DNA of 64,000 bases, taken from Candidatus Peribacteria bacterium. GTDB taxonomy: Bacteria; Patescibacteriota; Gracilibacteria; Peribacterales; Peribacteraceae. The stretch spans positions 2,785 through 66,784 of the forward strand of contig CALREJ010000001.1 in NCBI GenBank assembly GCA_943355155.1, in the 5' to 3' direction. This document shows positions 8,960 through 20,108 of this stretch, piece by piece. The notes under the pieces were generated by a model. That model did no database searches, was not told the DNA's origin, and saw only the letters and a program-made list of their open reading frames with translations. Position 1 is the first letter of the stretch, and every line of letters begins with the position of its first letter. A program made the translations under genes and the position numbers.

Positions 8960-9432
8960 TGCGCTCTTTTGCACTGCTTCGGGTGATGGTTCTTGGAATG
9001 ATTGGTATCGCTGTGTTTTTTGTGTTTGTTGTTGGTGTTTCTCATATCTTTCCAAAAAATGACGGGCTTCATGCACTGACGCTCATGAGCATCGATGGCT
9101 CGAATATTCCTCTGCGTGTGGAATTTGCGACGACAGAAGCTGAGCGCGAGAAAGGTCTCATGGATCGAACAAGTATTGATCACGGAATGCTTTTTATTTT
9201 TGAGACCACTCAGCCGCTGAATTTTTGGATGAAAAATACATTGATTCCGTTGGACATAGCTTTTTTTGATGCGTCCGGTGGGTTTGTGTCTGCTGAAACT
9301 ATGCTTCCCTGCGTCAGTGATCCCTGCGCGATCTATTCGTCCGCTCTGCCTGCGAAATATGCACTGGAAATGCAAAAAGGATTTCTGAATGAGAATCGTG
9401 TGGGAATGGGATGGACGATGCAAATGCATTAG
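8956..9432 (+). CDS. DUF192 (UPF0127) family protein with N-terminal TM helix
   Basis: ATGA overlap with the rpe stop. RVEFATTEAEREKGLMDR...GMLFIF......FWMKNTLIPLDIAFFD is the DUF192 signature. Confidence 0.8.
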   Translation: MMRSFALLRVMVLGMIGIAVFFVFVVGVSHIFPKNDGLHALTLMSIDGSNIPLRVEFATTEAEREKGLMDRTSIDHGMLFIFETTQPLNFWMKNTLIPLDIAFFDASGGFVSAETMLPCVSDPCAIYSSALPAKYALEMQKGFLNENRVGMGWTMQMH

Positions 9433-9458
9433 GGGAATGTAAAACGTTATACTGAGCT

Positions 9459-9549
9459 GTGTCATCCTGAGTGAAAACGTGTCAATCCTTCGATACATTT
9501 TTTGCTCGAGCAAAAAACACTCAGGATGACACGTTTTTGTATCGAAGGA
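9459..9549. repeat. Composite palindromic intergenic element upstream of ftsH (gtcatcctgag-type repeat units plus a perfect 20-nt palindrome)
   Basis: gtgtcatcctgagtg (9459-9473) is inverted at 9518-9532. tccttcgataca (9486-9497) is inverted at 9538-9549. ttttttgctcgagcaaaaaa (9498-9517) is a perfect palindrome. Confidence 0.6.
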
Positions 9550-9618
9550 CGAACGGGCGTGCTTCGAGACGTTCTCCTGAGTCAATCAAAGGATCACCAT
9601 GACGTACTTAGGTTTTTT

Positions 9619-11598
9619 ATGAAAGCTTTACGTGACCTGTCACGAAATCTTCGCTATTCTTCCTCTATCGCAACTGCTCCGCGCCGCCCACAGGGAAACA
9701 GACAGCAATGGGTGCTGAGTGTCATTTTGTTTGTTAGTTTGCTCACCCTTTCTTTCTATTACATCAGTGCTCCGCAGCGAGAGGATGAGAAGAAATATGC
9801 GGATGCGAAGGTGGTGCCGATCAGTACCATCACCGAAGGATATAAATCACTCAAATTTCAAAAGATCGTGATCCGCGACAATACCGTGTTTGCCGAAACT
9901 GCGACCGGAGCGGTGCAGTCTTATAAAGAGGGACTCGATACGGTCAGTCAACTCGGCTGGAATGATCCGACCAATGCCACCATTGTCGTTGTCGAAAATC
10001 GCGAGGCAACGAATATGTTTTTGTCGGTACTGCCGGACCTCATCCTCTTCATGATCATCATCGGCGGTATCATCTGGGTGTTCCGTGGTATTGCCCGTTC
10101 GCAAAGCTCTGCGATGTCCTTCGGCAAATCGCGCGCTCGTGTTGCGGACGCAAAACAAGTGAAGACGCGGTTCAAAGATGTTGCGGGGAGTGACGAAGCA
10201 AAGGAAGAACTGGTCGAAGTCGTGGATTTCCTGAAATTTCCGAAGAAATATTTAAACATTGGCGCAAAAATTCCAAAAGGTGTGCTGCTCGTGGGTCCCC
10301 CGGGAACAGGAAAAACATTGATGGCGCGTGCGGTCGCGGGGGAGGCAGGTGTGCCATTCTTCTCGATCGCAGGTTCCGAATTTGTCGAGATGTTCGTGGG
10401 AGTTGGTGCGTCTCGGGTGCGTGATCTTTTCATCAAAGCCAAGCGAAACGCTCCATGCATCATCTTCATCGACGAAATCGATGCAGTTGGTCGTCAGCGT
10501 GGAGGAGCTGGGTTTGGTGGCGGGCACGACGAACGCGAGCAAACCCTCAACCAAATCCTCACGGAAATGGATGGATTTGAACAGGGCACAAATGTGATCG
10601 TGATGGCGGCGACCAATCGTCCGGACGTTCTGGATGCAGCACTCCTTCGTCCCGGTCGTTTCGATCGTCACGTGTTCCTCGATAACCCAGATCTCGAAGC
10701 GCGTGAGCAAATCCTGAAGGTTCATGCGAGGAATAAAAAGATCGTGAAAGGAATTAATCTTTCAGTGATCGCGAAACAGAGCGTCGGCCTCACCGGTGCA
10801 GACCTCGAAAACGTGATGAACGAAGCCGCCATTTTTGCCGCAAAGCGCGGACACGCTGGCATCAATCAAAAAGACATCGTCGATGCGCTCGAAAAAGTGA
10901 CGATCGGACCCGAAAGGAAATCACGTAAACTCCAGCAGCACGAAAAAGAAATCACTGCCTACCATGAACTCGGGCATGCGATTGTCGGACATCTCTGCAA
11001 AGAATCCGATAAATTGCACAAAATCAGCATCGTCTCACGCGGCTCCGCCCTCGGCATCACGTGGTTCCTGCCGGATGAAGATACGTACACCACGAGCAAA
11101 CAGAAATTCCTCGATCAGATCTGTGGTCTCCTCGGTGGTCGCGCGGCAGAACAATTGATCTTCAAAGACAGCACGACAGGAGCCAGCAACGATATCGAAC
11201 GCGCCTCGCAGATCGCCCGCAACATGGCAACGCGTTATGGCATGGACGATGAACTAGGACTCGTCACCTACGGCGAAAAGCAGAGCTCAGCTTCCCTCGG
11301 TGCAGACCTCGGACACGCAAGGAACTACTCCGAAGAAAGTGCGCGCAAGATCGATCAGTTCGTGCGCGAAACGATCACAGCACAATACAAGCGCGCCGAG
11401 GCATTCCTCAGGCATCATGAAAAGAAACTCCACGAACTCGCAATCATCCTCCTCAAAGACGAAACCATGTCCGTAGAAGAATTCCTCGCGATCTTTGAAG
11501 GCAAGCCTGTGCCTCCGAAGAAAGTGAAGAAGGTTGTGGAGGACGAGGAGTTGAATGTTGTGGAGGATGAGACGACGGCCAATGACCAAAAAGATTGA
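9619..11598 (+). CDS. ftsH: ATP-dependent zinc metalloprotease FtsH
   Basis: Walker A GPPGTGKT, Walker [12 protein letters not shown] region, and zinc site HELGHAI. I preferred the ATG at 9619 (MKALRDL...) because the 9502 TTG and 9526 ATG lie inside the palindromic element. The start is uncertain. Confidence 0.9.
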   Translation: MKALRDLSRNLRYSSSIATAPRRPQGNRQQWVLSVILFVSLLTLSFYYISAPQREDEKKYADAKVVPISTITEGYKSLKFQKIVIRDNTVFAETATGAVQSYKEGLDTVSQLGWNDPTNATIVVVENREATNMFLSVLPDLILFMIIIGGIIWVFRGIARSQSSAMSFGKSRARVADAKQVKTRFKDVAGSDEAKEELVEVVDFLKFPKKYLNIGAKIPKGVLLVGPPGTGKTLMARAVAGEAGVPFFSIAGSEFVEMFVGVGASRVRDLFIKAKRNAPCIIFIDEIDAVGRQRGGAGFGGGHDEREQTLNQILTEMDGFEQGTNVIVMAATNRPDVLDAALLRPGRFDRHVFLDNPDLEAREQILKVHARNKKIVKGINLSVIAKQSVGLTGADLENVMNEAAIFAAKRGHAGINQKDIVDALEKVTIGPERKSRKLQQHEKEITAYHELGHAIVGHLCKESDKLHKISIVSRGSALGITWFLPDEDTYTTSKQKFLDQICGLLGGRAAEQLIFKDSTTGASNDIERASQIARNMATRYGMDDELGLVTYGEKQSSASLGADLGHARNYSEESARKIDQFVRETITAQYKRAEAFLRHHEKKLHELAIILLKDETMSVEEFLAIFEGKPVPPKKVKKVVEDEELNVVEDETTANDQKD

Positions 11599-11712
11599 TA
11601 CCTACACTAAGGTTGGAAGTATATTTGTCATCAGAGCCATTCCCCGATATCCATGATTGAAATTATATGAATATTTTGCTATAATACCCTAGTAATATTA
11701 ACAAACATACAT

Positions 11713-12558
11713 ATGGCACAAGGAAGTGAACACTCTGCGGGATCAATTGGAGATGAGGATTCTGATTATTCTATAGAGCTTCCAGACAGGATTTTGTATC
11801 GTGATGCATACCCCAATGTAGATTTTGTGAATGCAGATAAGCCAGAGCAAGCAAAAGAAAGAGGAGATCAACGGGTAATCCCACAGCAAACTGCTCAAGA
11901 AAGAGAAGTCCATGCGCTTTGTGATAACCTAGGGTACGGCATCATTACGAGTCCGCCACCCTCTCATTGGACGGTGTTATTAAACCCCGCAGAGATTCAA
12001 TACTTGCAAGGCAGACGAAAATCAGATCTCACCGCTGCAGAAAAAATACAGATGGTATTGGCACTAGATCGCTCTGTCAGTATGGGGTCAGATACACGAG
12101 TCGTCTTTGAAGGTTCACCTAGCGCAGTCATGCAATGGCTCCAGAAAGCACCTCAAGCAACGGAATGGTCAGGTGATACGCAAAATGAAGATGGTTCAAG
12201 AACTTTCTTGCTCAATCAAAATGATCCAGGATGTCGCTGGGAGCGCCATGAGTTTCAGGCTGACGAGCCAATGATTGACGTAAAATTCCAAAAAGAAAGT
12301 GATACAGAAGTTGCAGTAATTCTTGGTGGACTTTTGATGACGTCTGCTCACGAAAATGACACTTCTGTTGAGATAAGAAGTGCTGATGGTAGATTGAAAG
12401 GTGAGGGAAGAGCGACGAATCGATATGTGTCTCACATAGATATTCAATGTAATGAAGCGGTCATTGCCGGAGATCACATTGTTATCCATTCTACTAAAAC
12501 TAAAACCGTTGGAAGAGAACCAAAAACTAATGATTTTGTACTTGAGCTAATACTTTGA
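11713..12558 (+). CDS. Hypothetical protein (281 aa), AT-rich gene
   Basis: Clean ORF with an ATG start after an AT-rich spacer. No motif recognised. Composition is visibly lower in GC than ftsH. Confidence 0.6.
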   Translation: MAQGSEHSAGSIGDEDSDYSIELPDRILYRDAYPNVDFVNADKPEQAKERGDQRVIPQQTAQEREVHALCDNLGYGIITSPPPSHWTVLLNPAEIQYLQGRRKSDLTAAEKIQMVLALDRSVSMGSDTRVVFEGSPSAVMQWLQKAPQATEWSGDTQNEDGSRTFLLNQNDPGCRWERHEFQADEPMIDVKFQKESDTEVAVILGGLLMTSAHENDTSVEIRSADGRLKGEGRATNRYVSHIDIQCNEAVIAGDHIVIHSTKTKTVGREPKTNDFVLELIL

Positions 12559-12577
12559 GACAAAAATCTGGAAAAAA

Positions 12578-12838
12578 TTAGACAATATGAGGTTTCTTGA
12601 TTTCGAGACGACGTTTACGAAATTCTCGCCCCGATCCTGATTTGAGAAATTTCTCATAGGAAGCAGCCTGTTCTCTAGTTGGAAATGCAGAAAAATGACA
12701 AATTTTCCAGGGAATATATTTTGCTGTTGAAGGTACTTCGCCACGATTATGCTTTTCCAGCCGTTCATCGATATTATCAGTCAGGCCAACATAATGCTGA
12801 TCGTTCTTATTTTCGAGAATATAAACGTAATGCCACAT
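12578..12838 (-). CDS. GIY-YIG nuclease-domain protein (86 aa)
   Basis: WHYVYILENKNDQHYVGLTDNIDERLEKHN gives the GIY...YVG...R..EH pattern. Confidence 0.85.
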   Translation of the reverse strand: MWHYVYILENKNDQHYVGLTDNIDERLEKHNRGEVPSTAKYIPWKICHFSAFPTREQAASYEKFLKSGSGREFRKRRLEIKKPHIV

Positions 12839-12960
12839 AGATTTTCATAACGAGAGAATGGCTTGCCCACCTACGCTCTTGCTCCGGCGGGCAGCCTACG
12901 CATGCAAATTTAGAATGAACTGGCTTGCCAGCCGGAGCACTTCCGCAGAAGTGCGTAGGC

Positions 12961-13047
12961 TGGTGCCGTGGAGAGGACTCGAACCTCCACATCCTTACGA
13001 ATACACGCCCCTCAAGCGTGCGCGTCTACCAATTCCGCCACCACGGC
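12961..13047 (-). tRNA. tRNA-Leu (anticodon GAG), long variable arm, CCA encoded
   Basis: Reverse complement: GCCGTGG TG GCG GAATTGGTAGA CGC G CACGC TTGAGGG GCGTG TATTCGTAAGGATGT GGAGG TTCGAGT CCTCT CCACGGC A CCA. Confidence 0.95.
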
Positions 13048-13209
13048 ACGTATCGTTTGCCAATCAGGCAAACAAAGCGTGCTGCAGTCACTCATCGCAA
13101 TCGCAAACATTATGAAAAGAACGAGGGCTCAGAGTGTAGCAGGGGTCATAATGGCGCGCTATATCTCTTTTGTTCGTTTTAAGTATTCTTTCAATATACC
13201 TAACCCCAT

Positions 13210-13235
13210 AAAAAAACCGCCCGTCGGCGGTTTTT
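13210..13235 (-). terminator. Intrinsic terminator downstream of the GlsB-family gene (bidirectional shape)
   Basis: aaaaaaa ccgcc cgtc ggcgg ttttt. A GC stem is flanked by an A-run and a T-run. On the minus strand the hairpin is followed by T7. Confidence 0.7.
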
Positions 13236-13279
13236 GGTAGCAATACAGATGACTTTCCATTGTTTGATGCAAAAGTCCC

Positions 13280-13522
13280 TCACGCATGTTTCAACGTCCG
13301 CAGCAATGCGATCAAAATCATCGCGCCGATCACCGCCATCACGATAGACCCGAGTGTCCCGTAGGCAGTGATGCCAAGTAAACGGAAGATAAATCCGCCG
13401 ATCATGGCGCCGACGATGCCGACGACGATATCACCGACGATTCCATAACCGCCGCCTTTCATGATCTGTCCGGCAATCCAACCTGCGATAAGCCCGATAA
13501 GAAGAAACCAAAGAATATCCAT
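13280..13522 (-). CDS. GlsB/YeaQ/YmgE (transglycosylase-associated) family small membrane protein
   Basis: WFLLIGLIAGWIAGQIMKGGGYGIVGDIVVGIVGAMIGGFIF is the family signature. Confidence 0.85.
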   Translation of the reverse strand: MDILWFLLIGLIAGWIAGQIMKGGGYGIVGDIVVGIVGAMIGGFIFRLLGITAYGTLGSIVMAVIGAMILIALLRTLKHA

Positions 13523-13754
13523 ATATGTGGGGGAAGGGATAAGTTCACTCTCTAGGACGCAGTGAGGGCGGATGTCTTACAGTGATTTTCTTCTATCGTA
13601 TGTGGGTGGCATGTGGGGCGATACGGTTTTGATGCTGAAAAATTTGCATTCTCGGTCTGTTATGCTAACATATAAGTGGAATTGTTCTCGATCCGAACGG
13701 TGACGTTTATCGCCGCCTTCTCCACAAAGGGATAGGATCGGGAATTTCTGTTTG

Positions 13755-14378
13755 TCAGTGTGGCCATACTTTCACTGAGATTTCCCTGTGACTGATAAGT
13801 TTCTTATAATCATCAACATACTTTTTCTCTCCTTGCATCGAGCGATTCATAATACCTGCGATGTAATCGGCTAGCTGAAGGAGGTTATTTGACTCTGAGC
13901 GCTGCATCTTCACTTTACGAATGATACGCCTTTGCCGGTTCATCTGTTGTCGTAAATACATCCTGAGCTGACGTTTGAAATCAAGATTGCCGCTTTCATC
14001 AATGATCACAGTCGCATCGTGAAGTTTCTCTTTTGCATTTTCGAATACCAAACCACATGTGTATTTGTAGAATGAGTGTTTGTCACAAAAGCTTTCCTTC
14101 CAGAAATGACTCGCATGTTTGTCTATGACGATGCCATAGTAAAAAAAATTGTAGGGTGCGACTGCCCGTAAAAACTCGCGCCTGACCCGATCTGAATTGC
14201 GATAAAAGTGAAACTCGCCTCTCCATCCTTGTTCGCGTTTCAGAAGTTCAATACGTTGATCGCACGCCATAGCCTCATCTTCCATTTCAAATACAATGAG
14301 TGCCACAGAGAAGAAGCGACTTGACCCCTTACTAAGTGCAAATCCCGGATCTCCCGATTCATCAATAAAGACAAGCAT
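13755..14378 (-). CDS. DUF3800 family protein
   Basis: The N-terminus MLVFIDESGDPGF...FFSVALIVF is the DUF3800 hallmark. QLADYIAG lies near the C-terminus. Confidence 0.75.
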   Translation of the reverse strand: MLVFIDESGDPGFALSKGSSRFFSVALIVFEMEDEAMACDQRIELLKREQGWRGEFHFYRNSDRVRREFLRAVAPYNFFYYGIVIDKHASHFWKESFCDKHSFYKYTCGLVFENAKEKLHDATVIIDESGNLDFKRQLRMYLRQQMNRQRRIIRKVKMQRSESNNLLQLADYIAGIMNRSMQGEKKYVDDYKKLISHREISVKVWPH

Positions 14379-14502
14379 AGGTAAAATAATGATATTCTGT
14401 GCCCAATTTCGTGGAGAGTTTCGACAATATTTAAAATTGCTGACGCTGACTTTTTGTTTATGGCAAAGCCTTTTTGGCGTTCCACAGGTATGCAGAACGC
14501 CC

Positions 14503-16674
<2,172 letters not shown>

Positions 16675-16711
16675 TCAGTTTTGATCGTATTCGGTAGTTG
16701 TGAATTTTGAT

Positions 16712-17014
16712 CTAAGCAGCGTCTTTTAGTTTTTCAACATCTGCAGCAATCTTTTTATTTTCTGGCCTAAGAATTATTCCTTTTTCTCCCCACATCATTC
16801 TTGCAATGTAAAATTGAAAAGTAGCTTGATCTTCTATTAAAGCTTCTCTTAAACGTTGAGCTGGTATAGCAAAATGACTATTCAATCCATTAGGATCAAC
16901 GGCAACAATGGCAACATCATCGAGCATATTCAACACTCTGCCAGTCCATAATTCTTCAATATTTAATCCACGCTCATCCCCTCTAAAGTATTTTATTTCA
17001 TTATTTGCAACCAT
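16712..17014 (-). CDS. Hypothetical protein (100 aa), AT-rich gene
   Basis: ATG-started ORF in a short AT-rich segment between ligA and the HTTM pair. No motif recognised. Confidence 0.55.
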   Translation of the reverse strand: MVANNEIKYFRGDERGLNIEELWTGRVLNMLDDVAIVAVDPNGLNSHFAIPAQRLREALIEDQATFQFYIARMMWGEKGIILRPENKKIAADVEKLKDAA

Positions 17015-17116
17015 GGAGTATGGGGAAGGAAAAGACTTTTCTAACTCGAAAACATATCAAATCATCCCCATACGTGTCAATTCTTCATGCCAATGGAGTA
17101 ACGACTGTGCGTAGAG

Positions 17117-17620
17117 ATGGGTATACTCACGACCATGAAGCTCCGCCGTTTTCTGCAGCACGCCGTCATCCTTTTTTTTATTGCGTTTCAGGTGTCAGGA
17201 TTCATGCTCACGATGTTTCGCGTCTGGATGCCCTTTCCGCGCTCTCTTACGTTATTTTCATATGGCATGATGGCTCCGTATCAGGCGTACGATCGGTACA
17301 ATTATGATTTCGTCGCGGAGGGCTTAACAGTCGATGGCACATGGGAACCGATTTCTCTTCAGCCCTATTTTCGCGTGATTCTCGGCGAAGCGGTGGTACG
17401 CAAATTTAAATTGATTTTCACGCACCCCGACAGAGAACATGCGCGTGCGAATGCGTTGCTCATTTCTTCAAAACTTCTTCAACTGGAGCGCGGTCGTGGG
17501 CATTCCATCAAAGCCATTCGCCTGAGCTGGCAGCAGTGGCCGCAGTCACCACAGGGCATGGATACGTTACGTCAAAGTCCCCATCTCGAATCCACTCTTC
17601 TCGCAACTGTCTATGACTAA
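17117..17620 (+). CDS. Hypothetical N-terminally membrane-anchored protein (167 aa)
   Basis: TM helix AVILFFIAFQVSGFMLTMF. Its stop overlaps the next gene's start by 8 nt, suggesting an operon. Confidence 0.65.
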   Translation: MGILTTMKLRRFLQHAVILFFIAFQVSGFMLTMFRVWMPFPRSLTLFSYGMMAPYQAYDRYNYDFVAEGLTVDGTWEPISLQPYFRVILGEAVVRKFKLIFTHPDREHARANALLISSKLLQLERGRGHSIKAIRLSWQQWPQSPQGMDTLRQSPHLESTLLATVYD

Positions 17621-18509
17621 ATCATTTTTTTATCGTTGGGACAGATGGTGGACCCGGAAAGACCTGCCACACATCCTTGCGATTTTTCGCATCGCATTCG
17701 GATCATTTCTTCTCCTCGAAGCACTGACCTACGTTCAGGCTGTTCCCACTCTTTTTTCGAGTCAGGGACTCGTATTTTCTATTTGGGCGGATGCGTTCCC
17801 GATGACGATTCGATCGCTTTTTGAGCCTCCTTCTGTCGCAGTCGCGTGGCTGATTTTTTCGTTCTACTGTCTCTGCTCTGTCACTCTCGCCCTCGGCATC
17901 GCCATGCGGACATCCCTTTTCTCTCTCCTACTTCTTTTCCTCTATTACTGGCAACTCTCGTTTCACGATTTTCCGTCGTCGTATCATCGTCTATTTTTTA
18001 CGGTTTTGTTGATCCTTCTTTTCAGCGGTGCAGACAAAACTTTTTCCCTGCATATGCGACTGCGACGTGGATCATTTTTTGCATTCGAAGAAATCAGTAT
18101 TCTCCCGCAGCGACTTTTGGCACTTCAGATCACTGCGACATACATCGGTGTCGCGAGTCAAAAAATATGGTTGCCTGATTGGCAGACTGGGGAAGTGCTG
18201 ATCGCTTCTTTTTCCGGAAAATGGGCGACTCCGTGGGGCTTCGTCCTCACTCGTACATTTTCGCCTGCTGTGTTTGAGTTTCTTAACTGGATCGTCCGTC
18301 TCGGTGAATTTTTCCTTCCATTTTGTTTGTGGAACAGAGAATGGAGGTGGAAGGCGATCATTGCCGGCACACTTTTTCACGTTTCCGTCGCGGTCTTCAT
18401 GAGTATCTGGTGGTTCCTCGTTCTGCCGCCTGCGTACGTCCTTTTCTTCGATCCACGCGAAGTTCATTCGTGGCTTTCTCATCATCTTCCAATCATAAAG
18501 AAGCGCTGA
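17613..18509 (+). CDS. HTTM-domain (vitamin-K-dependent-carboxylase-like / SdpB-like) polytopic membrane protein
   Basis: WDRWWTRKDLPHILAIFRIAFGSFLLLEAL is the typical HTTM start. About 7-8 hydrophobic helices follow. Confidence 0.65.
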   Translation: MTKSFFYRWDRWWTRKDLPHILAIFRIAFGSFLLLEALTYVQAVPTLFSSQGLVFSIWADAFPMTIRSLFEPPSVAVAWLIFSFYCLCSVTLALGIAMRTSLFSLLLLFLYYWQLSFHDFPSSYHRLFFTVLLILLFSGADKTFSLHMRLRRGSFFAFEEISILPQRLLALQITATYIGVASQKIWLPDWQTGEVLIASFSGKWATPWGFVLTRTFSPAVFEFLNWIVRLGEFFLPFCLWNREWRWKAIIAGTLFHVSVAVFMSIWWFLVLPPAYVLFFDPREVHSWLSHHLPIIKKR

Positions 18510-18573
18510 ACAATTTTTTCTACTTTCGTCAATTGCACATTCTGTGTAATAAGGAAAGATACAGCACATTCTT

Positions 18574-18828
18574 ATGCCAAAGCCCACACATTCACAGGCA
18601 GAAGCCATCTACAAGCAAATTTTGGAGCAACTCGAAGAGCTCTGGATGATTGGCACCGATACGAGCGATTCTGACGCAGAGGAAGATGAAAGCGCGGAGC
18701 CGGGCACAGAACTCGATGTTGTCGACGCTATGGTTGAAGAAGGCACGGAACGCGGAATGGACGAAGAGGCGCTGGAAAAGGTGCTCAAAGCTGTCTACGC
18801 GTTCAGCCAGAAGTCACAGGAGGATTGA
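18574..18828 (+). CDS. Small highly acidic hypothetical protein (84 aa)
   Basis: ATG-started ORF rich in D/E (TDTSDSDAEEDESAEPGTELD), 55 nt upstream of pilT. Confidence 0.5.
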   Translation: MPKPTHSQAEAIYKQILEQLEELWMIGTDTSDSDAEEDESAEPGTELDVVDAMVEEGTERGMDEEALEKVLKAVYAFSQKSQED

Positions 18829-18883
18829 GTCGTGAATATGTCTCTTCCTTGCGAAAAAGTGTGTTTTTTGCTACAATGGGGGG

Positions 18884-19915
18884 ATGGCCAATTCTCTCTC
18901 CGATACTATTTTCCAAAAAGGCGTGGAGGCCGGTGCGTCCGATGTCCATATCACGGTCGGCTCGCCACTTCTTTTTCGTATCGACGGAGAACTGCTTCCT
19001 CAGACAGAAAACGATATCACGCCTGCCGATGCGGAAAAATTTGTGAAGGCGACGTTGCAGGATTTTAGTTTTAAACGTCTGCAGGAAAACAGAGAAGTCG
19101 ACGTGTCCTATCAACTGCCGAACGGCGTGCGTCTTCGCGTGAACTGTCACTTTGAGCGCGGCTTCCACGGACTGGTAGCCCGTGTGATCCCGACCGATAT
19201 CCCGACTCTCGAAGAAATCGGTCTCGAAAATATTATTCCGCGATTTACTCAGCACCGAGAAGGGTTGATCCTTTTCACAGGCCCGACAGGAATGGGAAAA
19301 TCAACGTCCCTTGCGTCGATGATTCAGTACATCAACGATACCAAGGCAGAAAGCATCGTCACCCTCGAAGATCCGATTGAATTCCTCTTCCCGCGGGGCA
19401 AAGGACTCATTCGTCAGCGTCAGCTTGGACAAGATTTCCTTTCCTTTGCAGAAGCCCTCAAGCGCGTTCTCCGTCAAGACCCAAACATCGTGATGGTCGG
19501 AGAAATGCGCGACCCCGAAACTTTCTCCGCAGCCCTGACTCTTGCGGAAACCGGACACTTGATCCTCGGAACCCTCCACACGCCAAACACGATTCAGGCA
19601 ATCGACCGTATGATCGACGTGTTCCCGCCTTACCAGCAGCCACAGATCCGTTCGCAGCTGAGTATGTCGCTGAAGGCCATCGTTGCTCAGCGCCTGCTCC
19701 CACGCATTGGTGGAGGCCGCACAGCACACCGCGAGATCCTCATCAACACACAAGCAGCGTCGAACACTATTCGCGACAATCGCCTCGCAGAGCTGAAATC
19801 CGTTCTCCAGACAGGCACAGAACTCGGGATGGTGTCCTTCGAAAAAGACGCAAAACGTCTTTATAAAGAAAATATCATCAGCAAAGAGGTGTACGAGGCG
19901 GCTTTAGTGCAATAA
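18884..19915 (+). CDS. pilT: Type IV pilus retraction ATPase PilT
   Basis: ASDVHI, Walker A GPTGMGKST, IVTLEDPIEF, RQDPNIVMVGEMRD and GHLILGTLHT motifs. Confidence 0.9.
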   Translation: MANSLSDTIFQKGVEAGASDVHITVGSPLLFRIDGELLPQTENDITPADAEKFVKATLQDFSFKRLQENREVDVSYQLPNGVRLRVNCHFERGFHGLVARVIPTDIPTLEEIGLENIIPRFTQHREGLILFTGPTGMGKSTSLASMIQYINDTKAESIVTLEDPIEFLFPRGKGLIRQRQLGQDFLSFAEALKRVLRQDPNIVMVGEMRDPETFSAALTLAETGHLILGTLHTPNTIQAIDRMIDVFPPYQQPQIRSQLSMSLKAIVAQRLLPRIGGGRTAHREILINTQAASNTIRDNRLAELKSVLQTGTELGMVSFEKDAKRLYKENIISKEVYEAALVQ

Positions 19916-20108
19916 ACCACGGTTCTTTACTTAGAAAACCATCGAGATTTTTCCGAGTGGTACTTTTTGGCTACAGGAAAAGATCTCCGGGCGTTCTTAC
20001 CTAGGGCAGAACGGTCAGGGGTATTTGCAAAATTCTGCAGCAGATAGGCAAAAGAGACCTGTCCGTAACTTGCCACCTTGCCAAACGTGACGTAAAGTCG
20101 ACGTTTGC

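Noticed and set aside
8824-9585. 253-aa minus-strand ORF across the rpe end, the DUF192 gene and the palindromic element
   Set aside because: It is antisense to two well-supported genes, has His/Lys/Arg/Cys-rich composition and no recognisable motif.
11599-13047. Classical tRNA-integrated genomic island at tRNA-Leu
   Set aside because: I looked for a direct repeat of the tRNA-Leu 3' end near 11600-11712 and for an integrase gene and found neither. Only the weaker islet interpretation is kept as a finding.
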